A stretch of 64,000 nucleotides of DNA from Chara braunii (GCA_003427395.1 BFEA01000032.1:3093454-3157453); one strand, 5' to 3'. Positions 12,289 through 25,448 are shown, counted from the first letter of the stretch. Numbers and translations: made by a program. The notes: generated by a model not told the origin, from the letters alone.

Positions 12289-14535
12289 ATGAGTGGGTCA
12301 GCCGGGGGTGAAAGTACAACTGACGATAGGAGGCAGACACGACGGGACACAGGCAGGATACCCGTAGAATTCCAGTTTCTACTACCAAGGGATGAGAGAA
12401 GACTAAGGGCCGAAGCAAGGGCCCGTAATCTAGAGACTTCAAGAGAGGCAGCAGCAGCGGTAGAACGGGCGTTGGCAGCAGCAGCAGCTAGCGCGGTAGC
12501 AATGGCTACCTCTTCAGCCACTTCTGCTGCGAGCTCAACTGGTTAGGGTCTGGGCGTGCCACTCAACTCGACAGTTCATAGTCCACCTCAGTACGTCAGG
12601 AGCTGGCTCTAGTCAGATGGCGGGTGTGCAGTCCAGCTCGCCACCTCACCTTACAAGGGAGCAGATGGAGCTCCAGCAAGTGGAGAGGATCTGCTTAAGG
12701 CTAGAGGAGGAGGGACTTAAACAGGCTACCAGAAGAGAGAAAGAGACTAGAAGGTAGAGAGGCAGACATAGCTGCACTAGAGGGTTTAGATGACTCGATC
12801 CTTGACTCCACAGGAAAGATTCTTAAGGGAGAGCATCCTGTCCAAATGGACAACAAACTGGACGCTATCTAGGACACCCTGGGCCAGATCTGCAAGCCAT
12901 ACATAGGTCAGGAATCAGGCCAGCAGCTTTGCCATCACTGCCATTCTCAGCGATGACAAGCCCCTATGCCGCTCAATCCGGACCAACACCAAGCGGTATG
13001 TCAGCAGCAGCCATGTCACAGACTGTTGCTTCTCAATCTTCTGGTCCAGCGACTGGTGCTACACCCCAACTGCCACCCGTCTCACAAGTAGGACAGCAGC
13101 AACCCTGGTACCCCAAGACCCCACTGAAGCCACCTGCCACCTTCTCAGGAGATAAGGAGGAGGCTCTTGACACTCTGTTGAGAACGGTTCCAGTGTAGGT
13201 CAGGGCGAAGAGAACGCTGGTAGAGGAGGAAGTGATAACTGCTGCATCCTACTTAGAGGATTCAACAACTCGCTGGCTTAATGGATTGGTGGCTTCCAGA
13301 GGATTCGGCGGGAACATGGGTGATTGGGCCAAGACCCACACCCTAGAGGGCTTTGTGGATCTGGTAAAGGCGCGGTGGCACAACCCTCAGCAGGCGCAGA
13401 TAGCCATTGATGGGTTATTGAAACTTGATGCTAGGAAGCTACGAATCCCCCTCGGCGGCGGCCATCCGCGGACAAGTCCGCGGCCGCGGCCTAGGCCGCG
13501 ACCCCGCGGACGTGTCCGCGGTCCGCGGCCATGAAAAAAAAAATTAACAAAAAAATGAAAAACAAATACGTTATGTAGAAAAATATACTGAACAACTTTT
13601 GCCTTGTGGTCATATCCAAAAACGTTACTGAATTTAAAATAAAAAATCACATACGTTTCATGTTTTTTTTTTGGAAAAAAAAAAACAAACAGCTTTTGCC
13701 TCAGGAAAATTAGTTTTTGAATTTTTAAAATTCGAAGACGAAGTAAAAAATAAAATAACAAATTGCGCAATTTAGATCTCGAAAAGATCTACAACCCCAT
13801 ATTTTATTTTATTTTTTTTGATAAATTTTTAGGGTCACAAAAAATTCCTGAAAGTCGCGGCCGCACCCAACCGCGGTCGGAGCCGCGCGGCCGTGATCAC
13901 GTCCGCCCTCCGAGCTTGACCCCGCGGACGCGTCTGCGGTGTTTCATAGCTAGGAAGTACAAGTCGATGCGCGAACTCACCACGACTTTAGAGCATTTGA
14001 TTGTCGTCCCAGGCGTGGAGTACAATCCACAGGTCTTGTTGACCATGTTCTTAATGTGTCTTCCCACAGACATCAAGAACTTATTAGCCAGCGAGGCTCG
14101 GCTTGAGTATCACACTTTTGAGATCAGCAAGAAGGCCCTAGATTTAGAGTCTACGCTGGGTGGTGCTCAACCCCCCCCTACGAACGGGAGAAAGAAGAAG
14201 GGTCCACAAGAGTGGAAGAAGAAGGGTAGTCGATTGATGATGGTTGATTCCGAAGGGAATCAAACTGAGATTGATGATGTATCTGACCTTGTGGACAGTT
14301 CAGAGTTAGACGGCGAGGATAGTGTTGAGGGTAGCAACCTCGCCGCAGTAGTCAAGACTAAGGGAGGTGGCCGCGGCAAGGGCGGTCAACAGAGGAGTCA
14401 GGGGCAAACCGCTAACCCAAACAAAATAGCTACTTGGGTTAGAGCCGGTTTGGATCAAGACGTGTGGCGGAACCGTTACCAGTATGGGGCTTGTGTAAAG
14501 TGCGGCGAGTATGGCCATTAACAGTTTAAATGCAA
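12289..14535 (+). pseudogene. gag (disrupted) with CCHC zinc knuckle
   Basis: KPPATFSGDK; AASYLEDSTTRW; CVKCGEYGH*QFKC. The frame LDARK|YKS is restored when the MITE is removed. Confidence 0.8.
13439..13949. mobile_element. hAT-type MITE 2 inserted in gag
   Basis: 8-bp TSD CTAGGAAG at 13431-13438 and 13950-13957. Imperfect TIR CTACGAATCCCC / CTATGAAACACC. CCGCGG subterminal repeats around an AT-rich core. Confidence 0.88.
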
Positions 14536-14758
14536 GAACACTAAGGTCACGCAGAAGATCCCTACTAAGGGTGGGTATCCTTCTTCTCAGTTTGGGGCCT
14601 CTATGAGCTCCAGCTCGGGGAACACCTAGAGCTTGTAGAACTTGTAGCTGCTTCTACTCTCGTTGAAGCGGGTGATGTACCCTCCCCGTTTCAAGAGTTG
14701 GTCGAAGCTATTGACTCCTTAGACACCCCGCAGACGCATCCGGACCCAACTATGTACG

Positions 14759-16779
14759 TTGGATGTGTCTAAAGCCTTAGAGGACCTTCAGAGTGAGTGG
14801 TCGACAAGGGACCCTCGTGAGTCCTGGGTGGCACTAAGTCGAGGTCCTAGAGGGGAGCATTTTGTTGTGGAAGTCGGTGTGGGTGGTCGCAAGTACGGTG
14901 CCTTCGTAGACATTGGCTCCACACGAAACTTCATAAACCGCAACTGCGTTGAGAGGCTGCGCCTAAAGGACCGAGTGCAGCACCTTAGTAGACCAGTAGC
15001 ATCTACTTTGGCCAACAAAGAGCGCATGATGGTGGAGGACTACGTGAAGGACGTGGTATGCACGTTCTCCTACCCATGAGGAAAACTTAATCATAGAATA
15101 TCATTCCTGGTGAGCAATGATTTGCCTTTCGATTGTTGTTAACAATGTACTACCTTGAGGTTGCCAAGCCCCAGTTTAATTGGGACAAGAAGGTGCCAAA
15201 GCAGGAGTTGTCTAATGGGAGGATCGTTAGATTGGCTAAGTACAAAGCCAATAGGTTAATTGACTTCTATGGGTGCTTATGCGCACCAGCGTTCTATAAC
15301 TATTATAAACAGAACCAAGAGGAAGGTATGCACCTAGTCTGTCTCTGAGAAAGGGGAGGCCGTTAAAACACCCCCAGAGATAGAGAATATCGTCTCAAAG
15401 TACCCTGATCTGTTTGAGGAGCCTACAGGAATCGTAGACAGGGAGGTTATCCATGCCATAAAGATCATCTCAGATAGCAAGACACCTAAAGGGAAAATCT
15501 ATAGGATGGCTTCGGCCGAGTTGGACGATCTTCGGCGACAACTGAAAGAGCTCACAGAGAAGGGCTGGATTTGGCCTAGCACCTCCCCCTTTGGCTCACC
15601 AGTTTTATTTGTCCCAAAGAAAGGGGGAACACTAAGGATGTGCATTGATTATAGAGGCCTCAATGCCATCACTGTTAAGAGCGTAGAGGCTCTACCACAC
15701 ATCGACGACCTATTGGATAGGGTGCAGGGATGTAAGTACTATACTAAGATAGACTTAAAATCCGGCTACCATCAAATTGCTATAAGACCAGAGGACCAAC
15801 ACAAAACCGCATTCCATACCAGGTATGGTCTGTACGAGTTTGTGGTGATGCCCTTTGGCCTTTGCAATGCGCCGGGTACATTCCAGCACGCCATGAATAG
15901 GATCTTCCATGACTACTTAGATAAGTTCGTCGTCGTATACCTCGATGATATACTTATCTTTAGTAAGACTGTCGAGGAGAACGCTCAGCTTGTAGACAAG
16001 AACCTCTCACTCCTTCGGCAACACAAGTATAAGATGAACGCAGAAAAATGCGAGTTCGGTCGCACTCAAATCTTGTACTTGGGTCATGAAGTCTCTGCGG
16101 ATGGGATTAGGCCCGAAGATGCGAAGGTGGCTAGCATACGTGACTGGCCACGACCCCAGTCTGTGACCGAGGTCAAATCATTCTTGGGAATGTGTTGTTA
16201 TTATCGCAACTTCGTCAAGAACTATAGCACGATCACATCTCCCTTGACTGATCTAACTCGACTTGATACGCCATGGGAATGGACCGACGAGTGTGAGGCA
16301 GCTTTTAAGCGTTTGAAGCATGCACTCAAGCACCATGAGGTTCTCATGGTACCCGACCCACAAAGACCGTTTGTTGTAACCACTGACGCAAGCCAATACG
16401 ACATTGGCGCAGTGCTGGCTCAGCAGGAAAGGAAAAAGTTGAGACCGGTCGAGTATATAACCAAAAAGATGCCATCAAAGAAGTTGGCAAAGTCCACCTA
16501 CGAGAGGGAACTCTATGCCCTCTACAAGGCACTTGTCCACTGGAGGCACTATCTGTTAGGAAGGTTCTTCTATTTGAGAACTGACCATCAGACCCTTAAG
16601 TGGATCAAGACACAACCAGTTTTCTCAAACGCTGAATTGAAGTCATAGATCAGTACGACTTCAAACTAGACTATGTGAAAAGAGAGTACAACAAGGTTGC
16701 GGATGCATTGTCTCGTAGGGCAGATTACCTAGGTGCGCTGATTTATGAGTTTGGCCTGGCTGAGAACGTTACTCGATCC
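14759..16779 (+). pseudogene. gypsy pol, 5' part: aspartic protease, reverse transcriptase, RNase H
   Basis: FVDIGSTRNFI; LRMCIDYRGLN, KIDLKSGYHQI, MPFGLCNAP, YLDDILI; TTDAS, ERELYAL, NKVADALSR. Confidence 0.95.
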
Positions 16780-16909
16780 CTTTGCTGGCTTGACAGGGTC
16801 TTCCTCATTGGCTCTTTGAAAAAGGTTTTTGCGATATGCATACATTGCGACGTTGAGGTCGATACTTTTATGATTTCCCGTCAACGGGTCATAGAGCGCC
16901 TGTATCGTA

Positions 16910-17852
16910 TCGTATCGTTCCAAACTTTTTTCGGAAACAATCGAACATATTTCCTCCAATGCCCAGGTTCAGTCTGGCTTTGGAGATGGTGGGACAGGAT
17001 TTGGAGCCAGCTGGGAACCTCTTGCCCATGGCCGTGGGATTGGAAAGCCCTTCTCCTAGAATCATGGCATCCTGGTCAAGAGGATGATTTTACTTACAAT
17101 TTATTTACAATTAGCAGAAGAGCAATTATTTGGGCAATATGGGTTAGAAGGTGTACCCACGAAATGGAGGGTGCAAGATTGGATGGTCCAGATTTCACAG
17201 ATTCTATTAAACAACATATTCAGAATGATATAACTATTAAATGGTAAAACCTAAAAGAAAAAATCCAGCATCTTTCCCAACAAAATGAGATATGGCAACA
17301 CATCAAAAAGTTCAATAAAAGTTGGCTTGGGGGGGACCAGGGAGGGAGGTTGGGGAGGGTGCAGTGGGAAGGAGCTCATGAGAATTTACATGGCTGTGTT
17401 CAAAAGAATTATAGATTAATCTTTAATGATTGGAGTTGTGTTGATCCTTCTATTCCCCTAAGACCCTTAGCTGAATTCCCTGATCCCTTTCCTCTACCAG
17501 GATCCTGTTTGGTCCCATCATCATGGTATGGATAGTTCTATCAAAGTATTGTGGTTTGTGCTAGGTAGTCACGAATTCTGGCGCCCAGAGTGGGTGAAGA
17601 GGCACAAAAGGGCTTGTCTCAGTGCTTTAATCAGGCCCATCCTTCAAATATCTTGTGGGACGCTGCACCCGGTTTGCAGCCAAAAAAGAATATTGATGTA
17701 TAAGGGACGCTGGACCCGATTTCCAGCAGGTGCAGCTCCCCACCAATAGATGGAGCCTTCGACACAGGAGCCTACTTAACGAGGCTGCTCTTATCACCTC
17801 GTTAAGTAGGTTCCCCACTTGCGAAGTTTAACTAAAAAAAAAAAAAAAAAAA
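16910..17852 (+). mobile_element. LINE B: 5'-truncated LINE 3' end nested in LINE A
   Basis: Perfect 17-bp TSD AGAGCGCCTGTATCGTA (16893-16909, 17853-17869) and a poly(A) tail. Encodes FLQCPGSVWLWRWWDRIW, homologous to the LINE A C-terminus. Confidence 0.92.
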
Positions 17853-18274
17853 AGAGCGCCTGTATCGTAGTTCTGTGTGATCGTATACGGGCCAAGCTAA
17901 AGAGTTTTTTGTCCATTATCCCTTCTGTTTCATGACGTGTCAGTCGTCCCCTGATGCGTGTTCCCTCCCAGCCTTGTGTTGCGAAGGTCTGGAGCTGTTG
18001 TCGTAGGGATTGTAGTTCGAGCTGATTGTTAGGAGCTACGCGACTCTAAGGGTTTTCAAGCTCTTGTTGTTCGAGTTGTTGGAGATGATTATGAACTTCC
18101 ATTTCCTATTGATTCTTGCGGGCCATTGAAAGTTTGGAGTATTCTCTGCATTTTTTCCCTAGGTATAGTAGTCCGTTGTTGAACCAGTCTGTTTCATACG
18201 GTATGTGTTGTTTTTGAGTGTGCCAGAACTCCCAACAATCTTTAATATAGTTTCGAAAGGTATTCTGTTGCAAA

Positions 18275-21200
18275 GTGGACACATTGAGGGATGAGGAAAA
18301 AACCCCGGGTGTGGATGGGTTTCCAAAAGAATTTTGGGAATCATTTTGGACCCTAATGGCCCCGGACCTCATGGGATTCTACCATCACGTGTGGGAAACA
18401 GGGCACATGGGGGAGCTGGTAGGACAAGGGGTCCTCACCCTACCACACAAAAAAGGCGACTGGATGGACATAAAAAACTATCGCCCGATAACCCTATTCA
18501 CAGTCGTCTATAAAATGCTAGCTACGGCCTTGGCAAACCGCCTGATCCTGGTTCTGGAAGATATTATCCACCCGACACAGACTGGGTTTGTCAAGGGACG
18601 TAGGATTCACGACAACATTTTGCTGGTCAATGAGATCCTCAAGCTAACGAGGCAGGACAAACGCAACGCTGTCGTGGTCTTCATCGACTTCGAGAAAGCA
18701 TACGACCACGTGGACTGGACCTTCTTAGACAGGTGCATGCAGAAAATGAATATTGGGCCAATCTTTCGTCGCTGGACTGAGATCCTTCATCACAACGCTA
18801 CGACGAGCGTCCAGGTCAACAGACTGATGGTACCAATAATCTCACTGCAACGGTCGGTCCGCCAAGGAGACCCCTTGGCCCCCTTTCTTTTTATCATTGT
18901 GATGGACGCATTGGCAGCGAACCTCCGTACTAACAAAGATCTTAGAAAGTTACAGATCTCCGCCATCCCTGAGGAGGCGATCCCTGTATGTTCGATGTTC
19001 GCGGATGACCTGACAATAATGGTGGACGCCACCCCCAAGAACATGGAAGAGATTAAACATTTGTTGGACCGATTCATGACAGTTTCGGATATGACGGTCA
19101 ATTGGGGAAATAAAACACTGGGATGGTCGATCCATCACCAAGGAGTGCGTCCGCCGGAACAGCCGCAGGTCAAATGGCTGCCGAAAAACGCCCCGGTCAG
19201 AGTATTGGGCATAATGCTGATGACATCGGGGAAACCAGCATCAAACGACGAATGGATTCTCACACCGGCATTGGAAAAACTGACACATTGGAACGACAAG
19301 CACACATCCTTGATTGGTAGAGCACTGGCAATTAACAATGCAGTCCTAGCAGCCCTCTGGTATAGATCGGCCCTTTGGGCCCTCAGTAAAGACGCGGTTA
19401 GATCACTCGAGAGGCAAAGCGCCGCCCTACTGTGGAGAGGCAACAACGAACTTCCAAACGTCATAAGTAGAGTGGCTTGGTCATTGGTGATCCAGCCCAA
19501 GGACAAAGGGGGTTTGGGCATCCTGGACCCAGTCATCCGGGTAGCCGCTCTGATGGTGCAAAGGATAAGAAGACTCGTGTTTACGTCGGACCTTCGCTGG
19601 TACTCCCTCGCACTTGAACAAATTGCTAGATTGGCACCGCAAGCGCCACGAGGTCTGGATCCCCTAACCTGGCTTGAGGACCGATATTGGTCCATACCAC
19701 GGCGCCCTCGGGTCAACAGAGACTCCACTCGAGGAGTAGCGAGGAGCGACCTGGCCAAAGATGATTTCTGGCCCCGAGTGCTGAAGGCCTGGCGCCAACT
19801 GCCGTTGCTAGAAAAAAACATGCCGAACAGATGGGAAGAAGTGATGAGGCAACCCCTCTTCGGCAACAAAAATATCACTGATAGAAATGGTAGGGTACAC
19901 CGCAGTTCAAGCCCCCCATGGAGCAGCTGGGTCAGAAACGGTATAGTACAGATCAAAGACATATGGGACCCGACGAACAGAGACTGGAAGACCACGCCAC
20001 AGTTGAGGGTTCGGATGAGGTACTATCATGACATCGAAAAGAACCTAGAAACATTGATCGTTGACATCCCTCTTGACTGGGTACGCACCCTTCGAAAAGG
20101 ACCGCGGTTAGCGAAAGGAGACTGATTAGCCCCGGATGACACGCAAAGTGTTGGCAGGGTGGTGGATGTGCGGGCAGACGAATCCCATGTCAAACTCTTC
20201 CATAATGGAAAGGACAACATTCTCACCTCGCACTCCCCGGACACAGTAACGTGGTGGAGGAACGGCGAGTTGCACAGAATCCGGGTACTTGGACACAAAG
20301 ACGAATGGATTGCATATCGCCCCGATTCCGCCCTAGCTGAACTTTCCTTCGATCCGGCGGAGTGGCACTGGACGCCCACATGCAGAACACAAGCCAATCC
20401 GAACATAAACCTCCTTGGTCTGTCCGTGAAGGCCACCTACCGGCTGCTGAGGCCAAAAGTGAATCTTAAAGAGGTAGTAAAAGCCCGATGGATAGCCCAC
20501 CTGAACTTCAATCAGGGGACCGTCCGCCCGATTCGGTGGTTCTCAACCATGAGATCCAAACCAGCCAAATTTGCATCGTTGCAGTGGCAGATAGAGCACC
20601 GTTGCCTTCCGACAAATAACTGGCTGATAGATCATACGTTCCTGGAGCAGAAGGGTCTGGCGCTCCCCTGGTGCAAATCCTACCAAAATGCCTTCCCCTC
20701 CCGAAAGATCCCGGAAACTATTGAACACATCTTCCTACAGTGCCCGGGGGCGGTCCTCACTTAGCGTTGGTGGGATAGGATATGGAGCCTCCTGGGCACT
20801 GGATTGAACTGGTCGTGGGATTGGAGGGCGCTGCTCTGTGAAGCATGGACTTCCCCCACAGACAACGAGTTTGAAAATAATATGTTCAAGATCGAGAGGA
20901 GAGCGGTTATTTGGGCACTTTGGAGGAAGCGTTGCACCTACACCATCGAGGGGGTCCATATGGAAGGAGAGGAAGTAACGGAAATAATTAAACAGTATAT
21001 ACAACAAGAACTACTCTCACGATGGAAGAAGGTAAAGAACCAATTACATAAGTATCACCTAAAGAAAGACACCATACAAGCAGTTAACCATTTCTCAGGG
21101 GACTGGTTGGGCAGCGAAAATGGGGGCTGGATTGCCTTCATCCAATGGGAGGGCGGACAGTCTCCCGGACAGGAACAGGCGGACTTCAAGACGGACTACT

Positions 21201-21427
21201 GCATCTCCTTCAAAGAATGGACTAAAGTAGACCAAGGCGTGCCGCTGCGCTCACCCGCAGATTTCCTGGACCCTTTCCCCCCCCATCAGCTTTCCTTGGT
21301 AGATATGCAATGGTACAGTGCAGAACGGGCGGAAGAGCCGTTGGAGGTGCATCGTCTTCAAGGAATGGAAGGACCTTTGAAGGGTTTAGGGGTTAGATTG
21401 GAAACAGGAACTCAATGGTTGCTCTAG
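18275..21427 (+). pseudogene. LINE A ORF2: RT plus C-terminal zinc-binding region, with two in-frame stops
   Basis: PGVDGF, NYRPITL, DFEKAYD, RQGDPLAP, FADD, KDKGGLG, ETIEHIFLQCP. Confidence 0.93.
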
Positions 21428-21520
21428 AGACACATGCAGTAACCGACAACCTCTAGCTGAGAGGAGCAACCAGGGGCAGAATAGGTAGACAACAGCCACA
21501 CAAAAAAGCTTAGCTGCAAT

Positions 21521-21717
21521 AGGCTAACTTAGGCAGGGATGAGGGGTGGTACATCCTTCTCGAAGGACGCAATCAATGCCGCCCACTTGGGCCTCTCAAC
21601 CTTAATGGGGAGGAGCATGGTGTGAGTCAACCTTGAACTATTCATTGACTTGTCGGGGGAATAGGAACCGGACTGTTGCTCCCCAGAATGGCAGGAGCCA
21701 GAACCAAGAGGTTCTGA
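21521..21717 (+). ncRNA. Conserved structured LINE 3'-terminal RNA motif (copy A)
   Basis: Homologous copies at 23330-23520(-), 39283-39487, 41100-41286 and 45721-45914, with compensatory hairpin changes. Confidence 0.7.
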
Positions 21718-21744
21718 TAAAAAAAAAAGGACGTTACTCAATCC

Positions 21745-23177
21745 TTGGGGGAAGCCTACAAGGAAGACCCCATCACAATGGACATCATCAACAAACTGAA
21801 GGCCAAAGACAAGGCCATCACTGACGAGTTTGTGATGGTGGATGGGTTACTCTTTCTTGAGAAGGCAGGGTTCAAAAGGTTAGTTGTTCCATCTAGAGAG
21901 ATTTTGTGTAGTTTATTTTTAGTTGAGTGCCATGACGCAACGAGACATTTCGGCTATAAGAAGACTAGTGCTAATTTAGTACAGCGATTTTGGTGGCCTA
22001 ACATGTTGGACGATGCAAAGAAGTACGTACAAACCTGTCAGGTCTGTCAGTGGGACAAGCCGCGTACTCAAGCTCCGCTTGGGTTACTAAAGCCTCAACC
22101 CATCCCTACTGGTCCGGGGCAGAGTATCTCCATGGACTTCATGGATACCCTCGTGACCAGTAAGAGTGGGAAGAGACATATCTTCGTCATAGTCGATAGG
22201 TTCACTAGGTTTGCTAGACTATTTGTCATGCAGGAGACCGCCAGGACAAATAGGTCATCAAGTTATTCATGGATAGCTGGGTGCGTGACTTTGGACTGCC
22301 AAAGACGATCGTTAGTGATAGAGATGTGTGTTTCACAAGTGAGATGTGGAAGAAGACTGTTGAACAAATGGGCAGCCAACTCCAAATGACCTCTGGGAAT
22401 CACCCCAAAGCCAATGGACAGGCTGAACAAATGAACCGGGTGGTGCAGCATCTGCTAAGGCATTATTTTAAGCCCAGCCAGGATGACTGGGATGAGAAAT
22501 TGCCTCTCATCGCCAGTCTGTACAATAATGCAGTACACAGCACCACCGAGGTCACCCCGAATCAGCTGCATCTTGGGTGGAAGCACTAGACTTCCTCCTT
22601 CTTGAAAACCGACCTGCTGCAACTCCTGGAACCATTGAATTCGGTGTCCAGTACAAGAAGTTGCTGCAGCAAGCTGTAGAGAACATTAAGAAGTCTCAGG
22701 AAGCAATGATGGCTTCTGAGAACAAACATCGCCGATAGTCCACATTTCAGGTAGGGGAACGACATCTCTAGGAAACTAATGCCTCAGTATTTCCTGGATG
22801 TTGTGGGTAGTGAACTGGATGGTCCCTCGTACGTTATTCGTATCCTTGGTCACTTACGCACTTACCCTGTTTTTCATGCCTCAAAGCTCGCTCCTTTCGC
22901 TGAGACGGAACAGTTCCCATCACGGAGATCTATGCTGCCCCCAACCATGGATGCCCACGTGGACGTCAATGATATCCTGGAGCACAGAGACATGCCCGTT
23001 CCCAAGCCAGCTGGCAGGGGTAGACCGCCTAAACCTGCAAGGGAATACAAAGTACGGTTCAGGCATCATGCGGATCCCAAGGAAGATCGATGGTTTACGA
23101 GGGAGGAACTAGTCAAGACCGATCCTCAGATCGTGGCCGAGTATGAGAAGAAACTGAAGGGGAAGGCTCCAGCATGA
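21745..23177 (+). pseudogene. gypsy integrase plus chromodomain (frameshifted)
   Basis: CHDATRHFG..CQVCQ; SISMDFM; SDRD; NGQAEQMN; GPSY..VFHASKL; YKVRFRH..DRWFTREEL. Confidence 0.92.
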
Positions 23178-25322
23178 AGCATCTCAGCGGACTTTCGATA
23201 CAAAGGGGAGATGCCTGGGCTCAGTATTTGTGTTAGGGATGCTGGACCCAGTTTTCCGCTGCTAATACAAAAAAAATCTTTTTTCTTTTTTTTTCTTTTT
23301 TTTTCTTTTTTTTTCTTTTTTTTTAAAATCAGGTCCTTATGGCCCTGGATCCATGTCCATTCTGGGGAGCATCAGTCAAGTTCCTATTTCCCCGACAAGT
23401 CATATGAATAGGATTACATCACTGTACCCACACACGCTCCTTTCCGTCTGGTCGAAGGGACCCTGATCAGCATTGATTGCTCCATAGTTCTGGAGGATTG
23501 ACTGTCAGCTTGCCTGTCCCTGAAATTCCTCTTAGGCTCCTCTATCGGGGCCTGTCAGGTATGCTATTATTACAAGAAAAACAGGGAACTTAGAATAGTG
23601 AGTTGTCATTGGAGAGTCATATATCCCTGTAGTCCTGTTGTCCAGCCTGTAGAGACACTCTTGTTCTTTGGGAAGTCTCTGAGTTATGCCACTCCTTCCA
23701 TCTGATTTGCAGAGCATGAATGTCGGTTATCTTCCCGTTGACTAACCATATCGTCTTGAACTTGGAGATCAGTTCCTGTTGCTTCTCCGGGTTCTGCTGA
23801 ATCTGGAGTTTGACCTTCTTCCATTGGCATTGAATATCTGTTTCCATAAGTAGTCTCATTGCTGCCCAGACCTTCTCCGCTTGATTGCTGGACTTGTCAA
23901 TGGTTTTGTTGCACCTTTCCTTCCAGATGACCCAGAGAGTCACTTTCCTGATGATTCCAAACCATGTGCGTTCGGGCTTATGGAATTGGGGTGTGATGTT
24001 AGTCCATAGGAGAAGTTGAATCCGGTGTTCAGGTAGGGAGCAAGGAAATAAGTGGTCCCAGAGTGCAAAGGCTCTTGCCCATATGTCAATAGCAAATTTG
24101 CATGTTATCAGGCAATGTGTGAGATCCTCTCGTTCGTCGTCCGAGCACACCAGACATCATTCAGAGCTGTCCGGGTCGCTGTTCTTCCTTCAGACGTGTA
24201 GCCAAACATTCACTGGGAGGGCATTATAGGTGATCAGCCATTGGAGGCTTCGAATTTTGACTGGCCGGATAGACTTGTATTTTCGCCAGGGAATTTCGGG
24301 GATTTGCTCCATTCTCTGTCCTAACAATTTGGACCATCGCTCCTTGATTACAGGTTCAGGGTCCTTCGTTTTCAGTAACATCCTGTAAACCATTTTGACC
24401 GTGTATTGCGTTATCTGGATGGAAGTCTTACATAATTTGTAACTTCCTGAGAGCCAGGCCCATTCTTCTGGGTCGAATTCCAGGTCCTGGATCACTGTGT
24501 TCATTTGGAATATTGATTTCGGCCAGATTCCCCAATACTCTTATCTTACAAAGCGTATAAGTGTTGAGGATCGTTTCGTGAGGGTCAATATTGTGGATAG
24601 AGAGTGAGTTGGGGTTGGTACGGTTTATAGGGAATGACATGAAAAATCACGAGGTCTGAGCCTGGGCATCTGAGGTGAAACTGGTATGCTTTCTCAGGTG
24701 TGGATTCCTAAATCAGCACCCCCCATTCTCCTGGTTTCCATGAAAACTTCTCTTTTAGTAGTTCTTTCCATCCATCCGGGATGCTGTTCACGACCGTTGT
24801 CAGATTTTCGTCCCGATTATGGCAACCTTTCAGCAGATGTCTCAGTTGTTCTTCATCAACCCAATCATTCTTCGCTTCATCCCAGATGTCCCCTACTTTC
24901 TAAACTCCATGTTTGACCCACGAAAGCCAGCGTTGGCCCTTTGCTAGCGACAGAGGAAGATCCCTTGCATTCCTCACATATTGATTCCCGAAGAGTGGTT
25001 GACGAAGTACTTCTTTGGATTTGGGCTTCTTTACTTTGTTTGGCTGAATTCCTCTCCAAATTAAGAGAAGGGTTGTCCAGTAGGGTGTTGACGGTTGGAC
25101 TTCATTCTGTTGTGAGTTAGATCGTCGTCTCCTCCTGCCAGTTTTCGGGGTTCAGTCCTTATTCATTACCCAGAACAAGCCTGACATGTTGGTAGGAGTT
25201 TGAACCGAAGCTAAGGCTTTGATGCTGTCTAGGGCTAGATTATGCCATGCCATAAGCAAAGCTTATCAAAAATCATTGTGCATAGCTTAGTGTATGTATA
25301 CTGACCAACAACAGGTTTGAGC

Positions 25323-25448
25323 AGGAAATTGTATATAATTGGCAGTTTAGCCAAAATACTTGGAATAATAATACCACTTTTACTAAGAGTTGCTTTTTTA
25401 GTACTAGCTGAACGTAAAGTAATGGCTTCTATGCAGCGTAGAAAAGGT
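25323..25448 (+). pseudogene. nad1: NUMT fragment: 5' end of mitochondrial NADH dehydrogenase subunit 1
   Basis: Translates as [42 protein letters not shown], matching the conserved Nad1 N-terminus. The start ATG appears as AGG. Confidence 0.9.

Larger units (their letters stand above)
16780..21727 (+). mobile_element. LINE A: 5'-truncated L1/Tx1-like LINE with an inverted 5' segment (16780 to about 18270 on the minus strand)
   Basis: 17-bp TSD AGAACGTTACTCGATCC (16763-16779) / AGGACGTTACTCAATCC (21728-21744), and a poly(A) tail. The gypsy frame GLAEDVTQSL|GEAYKEDP is restored on removal. Confidence 0.9.
12289..23267 (+). mobile_element. Chromodomain-bearing Ty3/gypsy retrotransposon (gag-PR-RT-RNaseH-INT-chromo), interrupted by a MITE and LINEs
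   Basis: Gypsy domain order. Polypurine tract AAAGGGGGAG at about 23202-23211. The 3' end is cut by a LINE poly(A) tail; a matching 5' LTR was not identified. Confidence 0.92.

Noticed and set aside
19135-19995. 286-aa antisense ORF
   Set aside because: Shadow of LINE ORF2 with no recognisable motif.
4332-23268. LINEs specifically targeting gypsy elements
   Set aside because: The three insertion sites differ in sequence and position, and gypsy DNA is abundant here.
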